The notes under the pieces: model-generated
Told to the model about the DNA's origin: nothing
Seen by the model: the letters and a program-made list of their open reading frames with translations, nothing else
The model's database searches: none
Part shown: in pieces, positions 1 through 7,909 of the stretch
How positions within the stretch are numbered: the first letter of the stretch is position 1
Layout: every line of letters starts with the position of its first letter
NCBI GenBank assembly: GCA_016927325.1
Contig: JAFGMY010000156.1
Coordinates: 36,415-100,414, forward strand
From: Actinomycetota bacterium
Lineage (GTDB): Bacteria; Actinomycetota; Geothermincolia; Fen-727; Anoxymicrobiaceae
Direction: 5' to 3'
Length of the DNA: 64,000 nt
Translations under genes and position numbers: made by a program

Positions 1-1
1 G

Positions 2-169
2 GAGGATGTACATTATATCGAATGGATAGAAGTCCGGACCGGCGATATGTCATGTCACAAGTTCCTGAAACCGGGCGAAGTTCCCGAAGCGGTATTTCCT
101 GTTGACGAAGAAGACCTCGTGTCATATGAGTACTGCAATATTCATGGACTCTGGAAGGGCGAAAAGTAA
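2..169 (+). CDS. superoxide reductase (desulfoferrodoxin/neelaredoxin), C-terminal fragment; gene begins upstream of the window
   Basis: Open frame to the TAA at 167-169 translates to ...HYIEWIEVRTGDMSCHKFLKPGEVPEAVFPVDEEDLVSYEYCNIHGLWKGEK; the HxI-WIE and C-N-x-H-G-x-W patterns are typical of the SOR iron centre; stop overlaps next start (TAATG). Confidence 0.5.
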   Translation, partial: EDVHYIEWIEVRTGDMSCHKFLKPGEVPEAVFPVDEEDLVSYEYCNIHGLWKGEK

Positions 170-696
170 TGTTGAGTGAGAGAATGGAAAAGGCTCTGAA
201 CGGCCAGCTTGCCGCGGAGCTGTACTCAGGGTACCTCTACCTTTCCATGGCAGCTTATTTCTCCTCGGAAAACCTTCCGGGTTTCGCCCGGTGGATGCGG
301 ATACACCGGCTCGAGGAAATAACCCACGGGATGAAGTTTTACGATTTCATAGAGTCCAGAGGTGGAAGGATAAGTTTGGCCGGCATTGATATGCCGCCCG
401 GTGACTGGGAAAGTGCCCTGCAGGCTTTTGAGGCTGTTCTAGCCCACGAACGCAAGGTAACGTTGATGATTCACGATCTCGTGGACCTTGCGATTGAAGA
501 GAAGGACCACGGAACCAACAGCTTTCTGCAGTGGTTCGTTGATGAGCAGGTTGAGGAAGAGGAGTCGGCGCGGAACGTTATTCAGAACTTGAAGAGAGTG
601 GAGGGGGCTCCCGGCGGCATATACATGCTGGACAAGGAGATGGGAGCGGCTGTTTTTAATCCGCAGCCGGCCGGGATCGCCGGCGGCGTCGGTTAG
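169..696 (+). CDS. ferritin-like iron storage protein (non-haem ferritin)
   Basis: 175 aa; di-iron ferroxidase residues (E..Y, ExxH, E..H pattern), 4-helix-bundle ferritin signature; ATG start. Confidence 0.8.
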   Translation: MLSERMEKALNGQLAAELYSGYLYLSMAAYFSSENLPGFARWMRIHRLEEITHGMKFYDFIESRGGRISLAGIDMPPGDWESALQAFEAVLAHERKVTLMIHDLVDLAIEEKDHGTNSFLQWFVDEQVEEEESARNVIQNLKRVEGAPGGIYMLDKEMGAAVFNPQPAGIAGGVG

Positions 697-718
697 ACAG
701 GCGACAACAGAGACGGCG

Positions 719-1963
719 GTGGCTCAAGAAAGGGATGATTCAGTGGGGTTAGGTTCAACGCTTAAAGCAGTGAAGATCAGTGACCTTGTATATTGGGTCG
801 GAGCGATCGACTGGAATATACGTGACTTTCACGGTTATGTTACCGGAAGGGGTTCCACCTACAATGCTTATTTGATTGTCGGTGAACAGGTTACGCTTGT
901 CGATACCGTAAAAGCGGGTTTTCACCGGGAGATGCTTTCCAGGGTATCATCAATTGTCGATCCGCGGGAAATCAAGTACCTCGTCTCAAATCACTCTGAA
1001 ATGGACCATACGGGGTCCCTTGTGGAAGTCATGGAACTTATCGACCCTGATGAAGTGTACGCGTCAAAGACCGGTGTAAAGACTCTTAACACACAGTTTG
1101 ATATCGATCGTGAAATCAAAGCTTTGAGCAGCGGGGATGAACTGGAGTTGGGCGGAGTCAAATTGTCTTTCCTTGAGACACGGATGCTCCACTGGCCGGA
1201 CAGCATGGTGACTTATCTTCCTGAAGAGAAGTTACTGTTTTCGCAGGACGGTTTCGGTATGCACCTGGCCGGCGGTGAGAGGTTCGCCGATGAGATTCCA
1301 TACAGTATCCTGGAAGAAGAGGCCGCCAGGTACTACGCGAACATACTTCTGCCGTACAGCAACCTGGTGTCAAAGTTGATCGCAAATATCGCCGAACTGG
1401 GCATCGAGATTAATACTCTTTGCCCCGATCACGGTCCGGTGTGGCGCAAAGACATAGACAAAATCATCGGTCTATGGCGGAAGTGGGCACTGCAGAAACC
1501 GCAAGATAAGGCAGTCGTTCTGTATGATTCAATGTGGGGAAGTACCGCCTTGATGAGCAAAGCCGTTGCTGAAGGCCTCGATGCCGAAGGCATCGCCGTA
1601 AAAGTAATGCCGGTGAGATCGAGCCACAGGAGCGAGGTGGCGCTTGAAATACTTGACGCGGGAGCGTTCCTGGTTGGATCTCCCACGCTTAATAACAACA
1701 TCTTTCCCTCGGTTGCGGATGTTTTGACTTACCTTAAAGGTCTCAAGCCGAAGAACCTGATAGGCGCTTCATTCGGGTCTTACGGCTGGAGCGGAGAATC
1801 GGTAAAGCACTTGAATGAAATACTTGACGGCATGAAAGTGGAAATCATCGATGAAGGTGTGTCGGTAAACTATGTACCGGGTGAAGAAGACCTGGTCAGG
1901 TGTTATGAGCTTGGTGTCAAGTGCGGAAAACAACTGAAGGAAATAACAAATGCAGGCAAATGA
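719..1963 (+). CDS. fprA: flavodiiron protein (A-type FDP; O2/NO reductase, rubredoxin:oxygen oxidoreductase)
   Basis: 414 aa; N-terminal metallo-beta-lactamase-like di-iron domain (H-x-E-x-D-H motif in [10 protein letters not shown]) plus C-terminal flavodoxin-like domain; GTG start. Confidence 0.85.
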   Translation: MAQERDDSVGLGSTLKAVKISDLVYWVGAIDWNIRDFHGYVTGRGSTYNAYLIVGEQVTLVDTVKAGFHREMLSRVSSIVDPREIKYLVSNHSEMDHTGSLVEVMELIDPDEVYASKTGVKTLNTQFDIDREIKALSSGDELELGGVKLSFLETRMLHWPDSMVTYLPEEKLLFSQDGFGMHLAGGERFADEIPYSILEEEAARYYANILLPYSNLVSKLIANIAELGIEINTLCPDHGPVWRKDIDKIIGLWRKWALQKPQDKAVVLYDSMWGSTALMSKAVAEGLDAEGIAVKVMPVRSSHRSEVALEILDAGAFLVGSPTLNNNIFPSVADVLTYLKGLKPKNLIGASFGSYGWSGESVKHLNEILDGMKVEIIDEGVSVNYVPGEEDLVRCYELGVKCGKQLKEITNAGK

Positions 1964-2660
1964 AATTGACACGAAAGCGTTATACGCCCTCAGCTATGGC
2001 ATGTTTATCGTTTCTTCGATAGACGGTGGTGCAATGAACGGCCAGGCCGCAAATGCGGTTATCCAGGTCACGTCGAAACCTCCCGGGATAGCGGTTGCGA
2101 TCAATAAGGAGAATTACACCCACAAGCTGATAGAAAAAAGCGGCTTGTTGGCTGTTTCGATTCTCGAGGAATCCGCTCCGCTTGCTCTAATCGGCAGGTT
2201 CGGGTTCCGATCCGGAAGAGATTTCGATAAGTTTGCCGGTATCAAATATGAGAAGACCGGGTCCGGCATCCCATGCGTCACAGAACATGTTTTATCATGG
2301 CTGGAAGGAAAAGCAATAAACAGTATGGATACCGGCACCCATACCCTGTTTCTGGTTGAAGTGACAGAGACCCGGGTACTTAGTGGCGGAAAGCCGTTGA
2401 CATATGCCGCTTATCGCGAGAGGAAAGGCAGGACGCCCGGCACTTCGCCGTTATCGATACCCGAAGATGACAACGAAATAAAGGAAGGAGAAACGAAAAT
2501 GAAGAAATACGTCTGCCAGGTTTGCGGATATGTATACGATCCCGACGAAGGTGACCCCGACGGTGACATCCCGGCAGGAACCGCTTTTGAGGATTTGCCG
2601 GACGACTGGACTTGCCCGGTTTGCGGTGCGTCAAAAGACCAGTTTGAGCCTGAGGAATAG
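1950..2660 (+). CDS. hrb: high-molecular-weight rubredoxin (flavin reductase-like domain fused to C-terminal rubredoxin)
   Basis: 236 aa; N-terminal flavin reductase-like fold; C-terminal CQVCGYVYD ... [16 protein letters not shown] rubredoxin CxxC pairs; overlaps fprA stop by 14 nt. Confidence 0.8.
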   Translation: MQANEIDTKALYALSYGMFIVSSIDGGAMNGQAANAVIQVTSKPPGIAVAINKENYTHKLIEKSGLLAVSILEESAPLALIGRFGFRSGRDFDKFAGIKYEKTGSGIPCVTEHVLSWLEGKAINSMDTGTHTLFLVEVTETRVLSGGKPLTYAAYRERKGRTPGTSPLSIPEDDNEIKEGETKMKKYVCQVCGYVYDPDEGDPDGDIPAGTAFEDLPDDWTCPVCGASKDQFEPEE

Positions 2661-2727
2661 AACGGAACCGGAAGTAAACAACCCGGGGGAAAATGACCAG
2701 AATATATTGCATTGATATTTTTCGTAT

Positions 2728-2765
2728 ATTAGTAATTGGTATAGTAGTACCATAATATTACTAAT
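2728..2765. promoter_or_regulatory. 38-bp near-perfect palindrome ATTAGTAAT-TGGTA-tagtag-TACCA-taat-ATTACTAAT, candidate operator upstream of the ferredoxin-like gene
   Basis: Outer 9-bp arms perfect inverted repeats (2728-2736 / 2757-2765), inner arms TGGTA/TACCA (2737-2741 / 2748-2752); lies in a 228-bp AT-rich intergenic region. Confidence 0.4.
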
Positions 2766-2888
2766 TACAAGTGCCGGTCATCGGGTATTAAAAGTTTGGT
2801 TACCGGCATGAAGGAATTGCACCTCAAAAAACGTAGAAGAAAATAGTGTGCGGTTAAAATTGATGTGCGTCAGCGTTAAAGGAGCGAA

Positions 2889-3665
2889 ATGGCAGGGCGG
2901 GATATCATAAAAATAAACGAAGACCTTTGTGACGGATGTGGAAAGTGTATTCCCGCCTGTACTGAAGGTGCATTAAAGATTATAGATGGAAAAGCCAAGT
3001 TGGTCAGTGAAACTTATTGTGACGGTCTTGGTGCATGCCTGGGAAAGTGCCCGAACGGCGCTCTTGAGATTGAAACAAGAGAGGCGGACCCTTTTGACCA
3101 TGCGATCGTGGAACAACATATTTCAAAGGGGTCAGATGCAGTACTTAAGAGTGGAGAAAGTGGAGAAGCGATCAACTGCAGAAGCACGGAAAACGTTTTT
3201 GGAAGCAGTACGGCGGTGAGGGTGAAAGAAGCTGAAAGCGGCGCCGGGCAGGAGGAAGGTGGTTCCAGGCTGGGTAACTGGCCGATCCAAATAAACCTGG
3301 TTCCGCCTGAGTCTCAGTATCTGGAGAACGGTGATGTTCTGGTTGCAGCGGACTGCGTCCCATTCGCTTTTCCTGATTTCCATGAGAAACTGTTAAAGGA
3401 CAAGGTACTGCTTGTCGGGTGCCCTAAACTGGATGACCACAATTATTACCTGGAAAAACTTTCCCAGATGTTCATGAAGAACAACGTAAAGACGGTAACG
3501 ATCGCGTACATGGAAGTCCCTTGTTGTTTCGGGATGGCCCACCTGATAAGGGAGTCCATTTTGAACTCAGGAAAGCGGATATCCGTAAAGATGATAAGGT
3601 TGAGCATTAAAGGTGACATACTCATGGAGAAAGAGGAAATTATCGGCGGTGCGGGAGATGGATAA
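2889..3665 (+). CDS. 4Fe-4S dicluster ferredoxin-domain protein with uncharacterised Cys-containing C-terminal domain
   Basis: 258 aa; N-terminal CDGCGKCIPAC ... CDGLGACLGKCP (two CxxCxxCxxxCP motifs); C-terminal domain with conserved Cys (ADCVP, GCPKLDD, PCCFG) resembling CCG-type Fe-S oxidoreductase domains; RBS AAAGGAG before ATG. Confidence 0.6.
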   Translation: MAGRDIIKINEDLCDGCGKCIPACTEGALKIIDGKAKLVSETYCDGLGACLGKCPNGALEIETREADPFDHAIVEQHISKGSDAVLKSGESGEAINCRSTENVFGSSTAVRVKEAESGAGQEEGGSRLGNWPIQINLVPPESQYLENGDVLVAADCVPFAFPDFHEKLLKDKVLLVGCPKLDDHNYYLEKLSQMFMKNNVKTVTIAYMEVPCCFGMAHLIRESILNSGKRISVKMIRLSIKGDILMEKEEIIGGAGDG

Positions 3666-3921
3666 AACATGCCCGGGTCAGAGCCAGATGTTCTGGAAGC
3701 CTGAGGACATTTACGAGGTGAAATGCCCTGAATGCGGTAATATGATTGAATTTTTCAAGGATGACGTTGCCAGAAAATGCAGAAGTTGCGGCACGAAGCT
3801 GAAAAATCCAAAGCTGGACATGGGTTGCGTAGAATGGTGCCGGTACGCGGAAGAGTGCATGGCGGAGTTCGGGGAATTGCCCCGAAAAGAGGATGAGGAA
3901 GACGTTAAAACTGCGGGTTAA
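3613..3921 (+). CDS. small cysteine-rich zinc-ribbon protein (hypothetical)
   Basis: GTG at 3613 or ATG at 3658 (MDKTCPG...); two CxxC pairs (CPECG / CRSCG) plus a C-x3-C-x6-C motif; overlaps the end of the preceding gene. Confidence 0.45.
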   Translation: MTYSWRKRKLSAVREMDKTCPGQSQMFWKPEDIYEVKCPECGNMIEFFKDDVARKCRSCGTKLKNPKLDMGCVEWCRYAEECMAEFGELPRKEDEEDVKTAG

Positions 3922-4031
3922 GCCTGCGACTGGATATTGAAATGTACGATTATTTTACTTTGATGCCCACGTAACATTGCCTGATTAAACCTCTTTCCTT
4001 ATAATTCACTGAGCACAAATAATTTAAACAG

Positions 4032-4106
4032 TCCCCGGTAGCTCAATCGGTAGAGCAACTGGCTGTTAACCAGTGTGTTGCAGGTTCGAGTCCTGCCCGG
4101 GGAGCC
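4032..4106 (+). tRNA. tRNA-Asn (anticodon GTT)
   Basis: Cloverleaf: acceptor TCCCCGG/CCGGGGA, D-arm AGCTCAATCGGTAGAGC, anticodon loop CTGTTAA, T-arm GGTTCGAGTCC, discriminator G plus encoded CCA. Confidence 0.9.
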
Positions 4107-4172
4107 AATCCACCGTTTTATTATGCAGGACTCGAGCCTGCGGCTTATGTTTAAAAGGATGCGGGATGCTCG

Positions 4173-4820
4173 ATGGGGGTCACCACGGGTACGGTTGCCA
4201 ATAACAGTGACAGAAATCATTTGAACCCTGTCAGGCTGGAAAAGGGTCTTGTCAAAGATGCCGTTAATTCTTTGTGCGGGGCGTTCGGTGATTACCCGCT
4301 AGTAAAACAGTTCTTTCCGCAAAGAGAGCGCCGGGAAAGGTTTATCCGTTATTTCGTTTCGGTGCCCCTGTACTATGGAATGAAGTATGGTGAGGTCTAC
4401 GCAACATCACGCAAGGTGGAAGGGATCGCCGTGTGGATACCCTCACAGAAACATCCAATGTCTTCGGCAAGAGTAGCCCGCGCCGTCCCGTTTAACGTGT
4501 TGGTGGGATTCGGTTTCTCCGGTGCCTCAGGGATGAGAGGAGTGGACCGCTTTATTAACGAAGTTCATGAAAGGCTGGTGCCTTATGATCACTGGTTTTT
4601 GCAGATGATAGGCGTAGATCCGTGTTGCCAGGGAAAAGGATACTCCAGTATACTGCTGAAACCGATGCTTTCAAGGATAGATGAAGAGAGGCTGCCCTGC
4701 TACCTGGAAACCAACACTGAAGAGAACGTTGAAATCTACCGGCATTTTGGGTTCGAGGTTCTGGAAGAGTCGATTATTCCAGGAACCGATGTGAAGAATT
4801 GGGCAATGCTGAGAGGTTGA
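4173..4820 (+). CDS. GNAT family N-acetyltransferase
   Basis: 215 aa; acetyl-CoA binding motif region (QMIGVDPCCQGKGYSSILL) typical of GNAT motif A; start may be downstream of the first ATG. Confidence 0.7.
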   Translation: MGVTTGTVANNSDRNHLNPVRLEKGLVKDAVNSLCGAFGDYPLVKQFFPQRERRERFIRYFVSVPLYYGMKYGEVYATSRKVEGIAVWIPSQKHPMSSARVARAVPFNVLVGFGFSGASGMRGVDRFINEVHERLVPYDHWFLQMIGVDPCCQGKGYSSILLKPMLSRIDEERLPCYLETNTEENVEIYRHFGFEVLEESIIPGTDVKNWAMLRG

Positions 4821-4933
4821 ATCCACGATTCCCGCCAAGGCAGATCTAAGTCAGGCTCATAAGCCGTCCTTTGCTTAATATCGCCCGGGAAAGCTGAAAA
4901 CTTTGTATCCATCGACGTATCTCAATGTAATCA

Positions 4934-4950
4934 ATTCAATATCATTGAAT
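4934..4950. promoter_or_regulatory. perfect inverted repeat ATTCAAT-atc-ATTGAAT upstream of the aldolase gene (candidate operator)
   Basis: 7-bp perfect arms, 3-bp spacer, about 130 bp upstream of the 5080 start. Confidence 0.3.
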
Positions 4951-5079
4951 GAGCATGCGGATATATTTATGGAAAGAATACCATGTTAACAAAGTAATAT
5001 CGTCCCGGTAATCGAAATATGAACATGATGTAAGAATTGATTGATAACAATAAAATAAGACTTTCAGGGAGGGATTATA

Positions 5080-6132
5080 ATGATTGACAAGATTACGGAA
5101 CTCTTGGGAAGTGAAGCGGAAGACCTTCTGGGACACAAATGCCTTGTGCCGAAAGAGTCTCTTCACCTTCCAGGGTCTGATTTCGTTGACCGGATATTTT
5201 CCATTACCGACAGAAAACCGGCCGTAATGCGTAATTTACAGAACATTATCGAGAATGGGAGGTTAAAGGGGACCGGATATATTTCGATTTTGCCTGTAGA
5301 CCAGGGAATCGAACACAGTGCCGGGGCATCCTTCGCGCCCAATCCCGCGTATTTCGATCCTGAGAATATTGTGAAGCTGGCGATCGAGGGAGGCTGCAAC
5401 GCCGTTGCTTCAACCCTGGGGGTACTGGGCTCGGTATCGAGGAGGTTCGCGCACAGGATCCCGTTTATCGTCAAGTTGAACCATAACGAACTCCTGACTT
5501 ACCCAAACAAGTACGACCAGATTATGTTTTCGAGCGTAGACCAGGCTTTCGAGCTTGGCGCCGCCGGGGTCGGGGCGACAGTGTATTACGGGTCGGAGGA
5601 AAGCAACAGGCAGATACTCGAGGTATCCGAGGTGTTTCAGTACGCTCACGAAATGGGAATGGTGACAATACTGTGGGCTTACCTGAGAAACGAGGGTTTC
5701 AAGACCGAAAAAGCCGACTACCACACCGCGGCGGACCTGACCGGACAGGCGAACCATCTTGCCGCCACAATCGAGGCGGACATAGTAAAGCAGAAGCAGC
5801 CGGACGTCAACGGCGGATTTACGGAACTCAAGTTCGGAAAGACGGACAGGAAGGTTTACTCCGAGCTGACCTCCTCGAACCCCATTGATCTTACACGTTA
5901 CCAGGTGATGAACTGTTTCATGGGAAGGGTGGGCCTGATAAATTCCGGCGGCGCTTCAGCGGGTGCGGGTGACCTTGCTCAGGCGGTAAGGACAGCGGTG
6001 ATAAACAAGAGGGCCGGAGGCATGGGGCTTATTACGGGCAGGAAAGCGTTTCAGAAGCCGATGGATGAAGGTGTCGAGATACTCAACGCGGTTCAGGATG
6101 TATATGCCTGCAGGGAAGTGACCGTGGCCTGA
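5080..6132 (+). CDS. fbaB: class I fructose-bisphosphate aldolase (DhnA/FbaB type)
   Basis: 350 aa, same length as E. coli FbaB; TIM-barrel DhnA-family features incl. Schiff-base Lys context ([10 protein letters not shown]); strong RBS AGGGAGGG before ATG. Confidence 0.7.
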   Translation: MIDKITELLGSEAEDLLGHKCLVPKESLHLPGSDFVDRIFSITDRKPAVMRNLQNIIENGRLKGTGYISILPVDQGIEHSAGASFAPNPAYFDPENIVKLAIEGGCNAVASTLGVLGSVSRRFAHRIPFIVKLNHNELLTYPNKYDQIMFSSVDQAFELGAAGVGATVYYGSEESNRQILEVSEVFQYAHEMGMVTILWAYLRNEGFKTEKADYHTAADLTGQANHLAATIEADIVKQKQPDVNGGFTELKFGKTDRKVYSELTSSNPIDLTRYQVMNCFMGRVGLINSGGASAGAGDLAQAVRTAVINKRAGGMGLITGRKAFQKPMDEGVEILNAVQDVYACREVTVA

Positions 6133-6161
6133 AAATATTGTTTTACGGGTGAGGTAAAAAT

Positions 6162-6902
6162 ATGCCTAGAAAATGGTGGTATATTTGGATTGCGGTTGCT
6201 TTGACAACATGCTCCGCCGGGCTTTATCTGCTGCATTTCGAGATATTCCGCGACGCCAACCATATTTTCATTTATATGCTGGGGGATCTGGCGTTTCTTC
6301 CTCTCGAGGTGCTACTCGTGACTGTGATTGTGGACCGCTTATTGAGCCGCAGGGACAGGAGAATCGCCATGAACAAGCTTAACATGGTGATCGGGGCCTT
6401 TTTCAGCCAGGTGGGGACGGAGTTGTTGAGGGAGCTTTCATGCTTTGACGAGAACTGTATGAAAAAGCAGGAGATTCTCGACATTGATGGTGAATGGACC
6501 GAGCGGGATTTCATCAAGGTAAAGTCAAGACTTTCAAGCCATGGGTTTGATATTGAAAGCACGAACGATTCCCTCGATAAGATCAAATTGCTCCTGGTTG
6601 GAAACCGCGATTTCATGGTCAGGCTTATAGAGAACCCCCTTCTACTGGAGCATGAATCGTTTACCGATCTTCTCTGGGCGGTCTTTCACTTGACCGAGGA
6701 GTTGGAAAACAGAATGGAGTGCTGTCGTTTAAGTGATGCAGATTACGTGCATATTTCAGGAGACATGAAGAGGGTCTACAGCGCATTGACTCTGCAGTGG
6801 CTCAGTTACATGGACCACTTAAGAATCAACTACCCTTACCTGTTCTCCCTTGCAATGAGAATGAACCCGTTTAACCCCGAAGCATGCGCGGAGTTTGCCT
6901 GA
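6162..6902 (+). CDS. hypothetical membrane protein (two N-terminal TM helices + soluble domain)
   Basis: 246 aa; hydrophobic segments WWYIWIAVALTTCSAGLYLL and LAFLPLEVLLVTVIVD; no recognisable family. Confidence 0.5.
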   Translation: MPRKWWYIWIAVALTTCSAGLYLLHFEIFRDANHIFIYMLGDLAFLPLEVLLVTVIVDRLLSRRDRRIAMNKLNMVIGAFFSQVGTELLRELSCFDENCMKKQEILDIDGEWTERDFIKVKSRLSSHGFDIESTNDSLDKIKLLLVGNRDFMVRLIENPLLLEHESFTDLLWAVFHLTEELENRMECCRLSDADYVHISGDMKRVYSALTLQWLSYMDHLRINYPYLFSLAMRMNPFNPEACAEFA

Positions 6903-7210
6903 TTAAATGCTTCTCACAGTCCTGATGGATGATGCTGGGCTTTAAAAGACAGAATAAAATGAAAGGGCCTCATTTGACGAGACCCTTTCTCTAATACGGG
7001 TATGTATTTATGGGGCCATCATAAAACGAATGAAACTTCCATTCATTTTACAGTAATATTATAGACGTTTTTTAAAATTATTGGAACATTGGTCAGCAAA
7101 TTGCCGGTTACTGGTAAAAATATGTAATAATCATATTATACTTAAATTGGGAATATTGGCTTATTATATACGAACATTGAAAATAAATAAGATAATTAAT
7201 GATAATTATT

Positions 7211-7239
7211 GTTTCACTGTAATAACAATATGTTGAAAC
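7211..7239. promoter_or_regulatory. inverted repeat GTTTCA-N17-TGAAAC about 65 bp upstream of the XRE regulator (candidate autoregulatory operator)
   Basis: 6-bp perfect arms within a 400-bp AT-rich intergenic region. Confidence 0.25.
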
Positions 7240-7304
7240 GAGCGATGTGATTTTGTAAATATTACCAAATATCTTTATAATCGCAGTAAAAACTTGGGGG
7301 CAAT

Positions 7305-7841
7305 ATGGTAAACGTTGGTAAATTATTAAAGAGCATAAGGAATGAAAAAGGATATTCGATACGAAAAGTATCGGACGAAACCGGCTTTTCGGTGTCTTTC
7401 CTCAGCAAACTGGAAAATGGAAAAACAAGTATTACTATAAGAAACCTTATAAAGCTGCTTGATTTTTACGAAGTGACTTTATCAGAGGTTTTTACAGAGC
7501 CGCTCTCAAAGAAGATTGCCTATCGGAAAGAAGAAAGAAGAAGAGTCGACAGTTCCGAAGGGGTAGTTTTCGAACTGCTGGTTGACGACAAAGAATCCAA
7601 AATGGAGCCTTATGTCGGGACTTTTCAGCCGAGATCGAAGTATGAGAACAGGATTGATAACTGCATCGAGGGATTTGCGCTCGTGATTACCGGAGAGTTC
7701 CGTTTTGAGATAGAGGAGAACTCTTATCTGTTGAGAGAAGGGGACTGCGCATATTTTCCGGGAGAGAAGGAACATCGTTGGGAAAATCTTACCGATGACA
7801 TCGCCGTGGTACTTGTTGTGAATCTGTCATTAAACGCTTGA
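7305..7841 (+). CDS. XRE-family HTH transcriptional regulator with C-terminal cupin domain
   Basis: 178 aa; N-terminal HTH (LKSIRNEKGYSIRKVSDETGFSVSFLSKLENGK); C-terminal cupin (GDCAYFPGEKEHRWEN). Confidence 0.8.
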   Translation: MVNVGKLLKSIRNEKGYSIRKVSDETGFSVSFLSKLENGKTSITIRNLIKLLDFYEVTLSEVFTEPLSKKIAYRKEERRRVDSSEGVVFELLVDDKESKMEPYVGTFQPRSKYENRIDNCIEGFALVITGEFRFEIEENSYLLREGDCAYFPGEKEHRWENLTDDIAVVLVVNLSLNA

Positions 7842-7909
7842 TCATAAGGATTTGCAGGGGAATTAATGCGGGCGCGATTGTGAAATGCCCGCAGATGTTT
7901 TACACGGGT

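Noticed and set aside
991-1972. Several 67-90 aa minus-strand ORFs inside fprA
   Set aside because: Antisense to a high-confidence flavodiiron protein gene; Ser/Pro-rich low-complexity translations.
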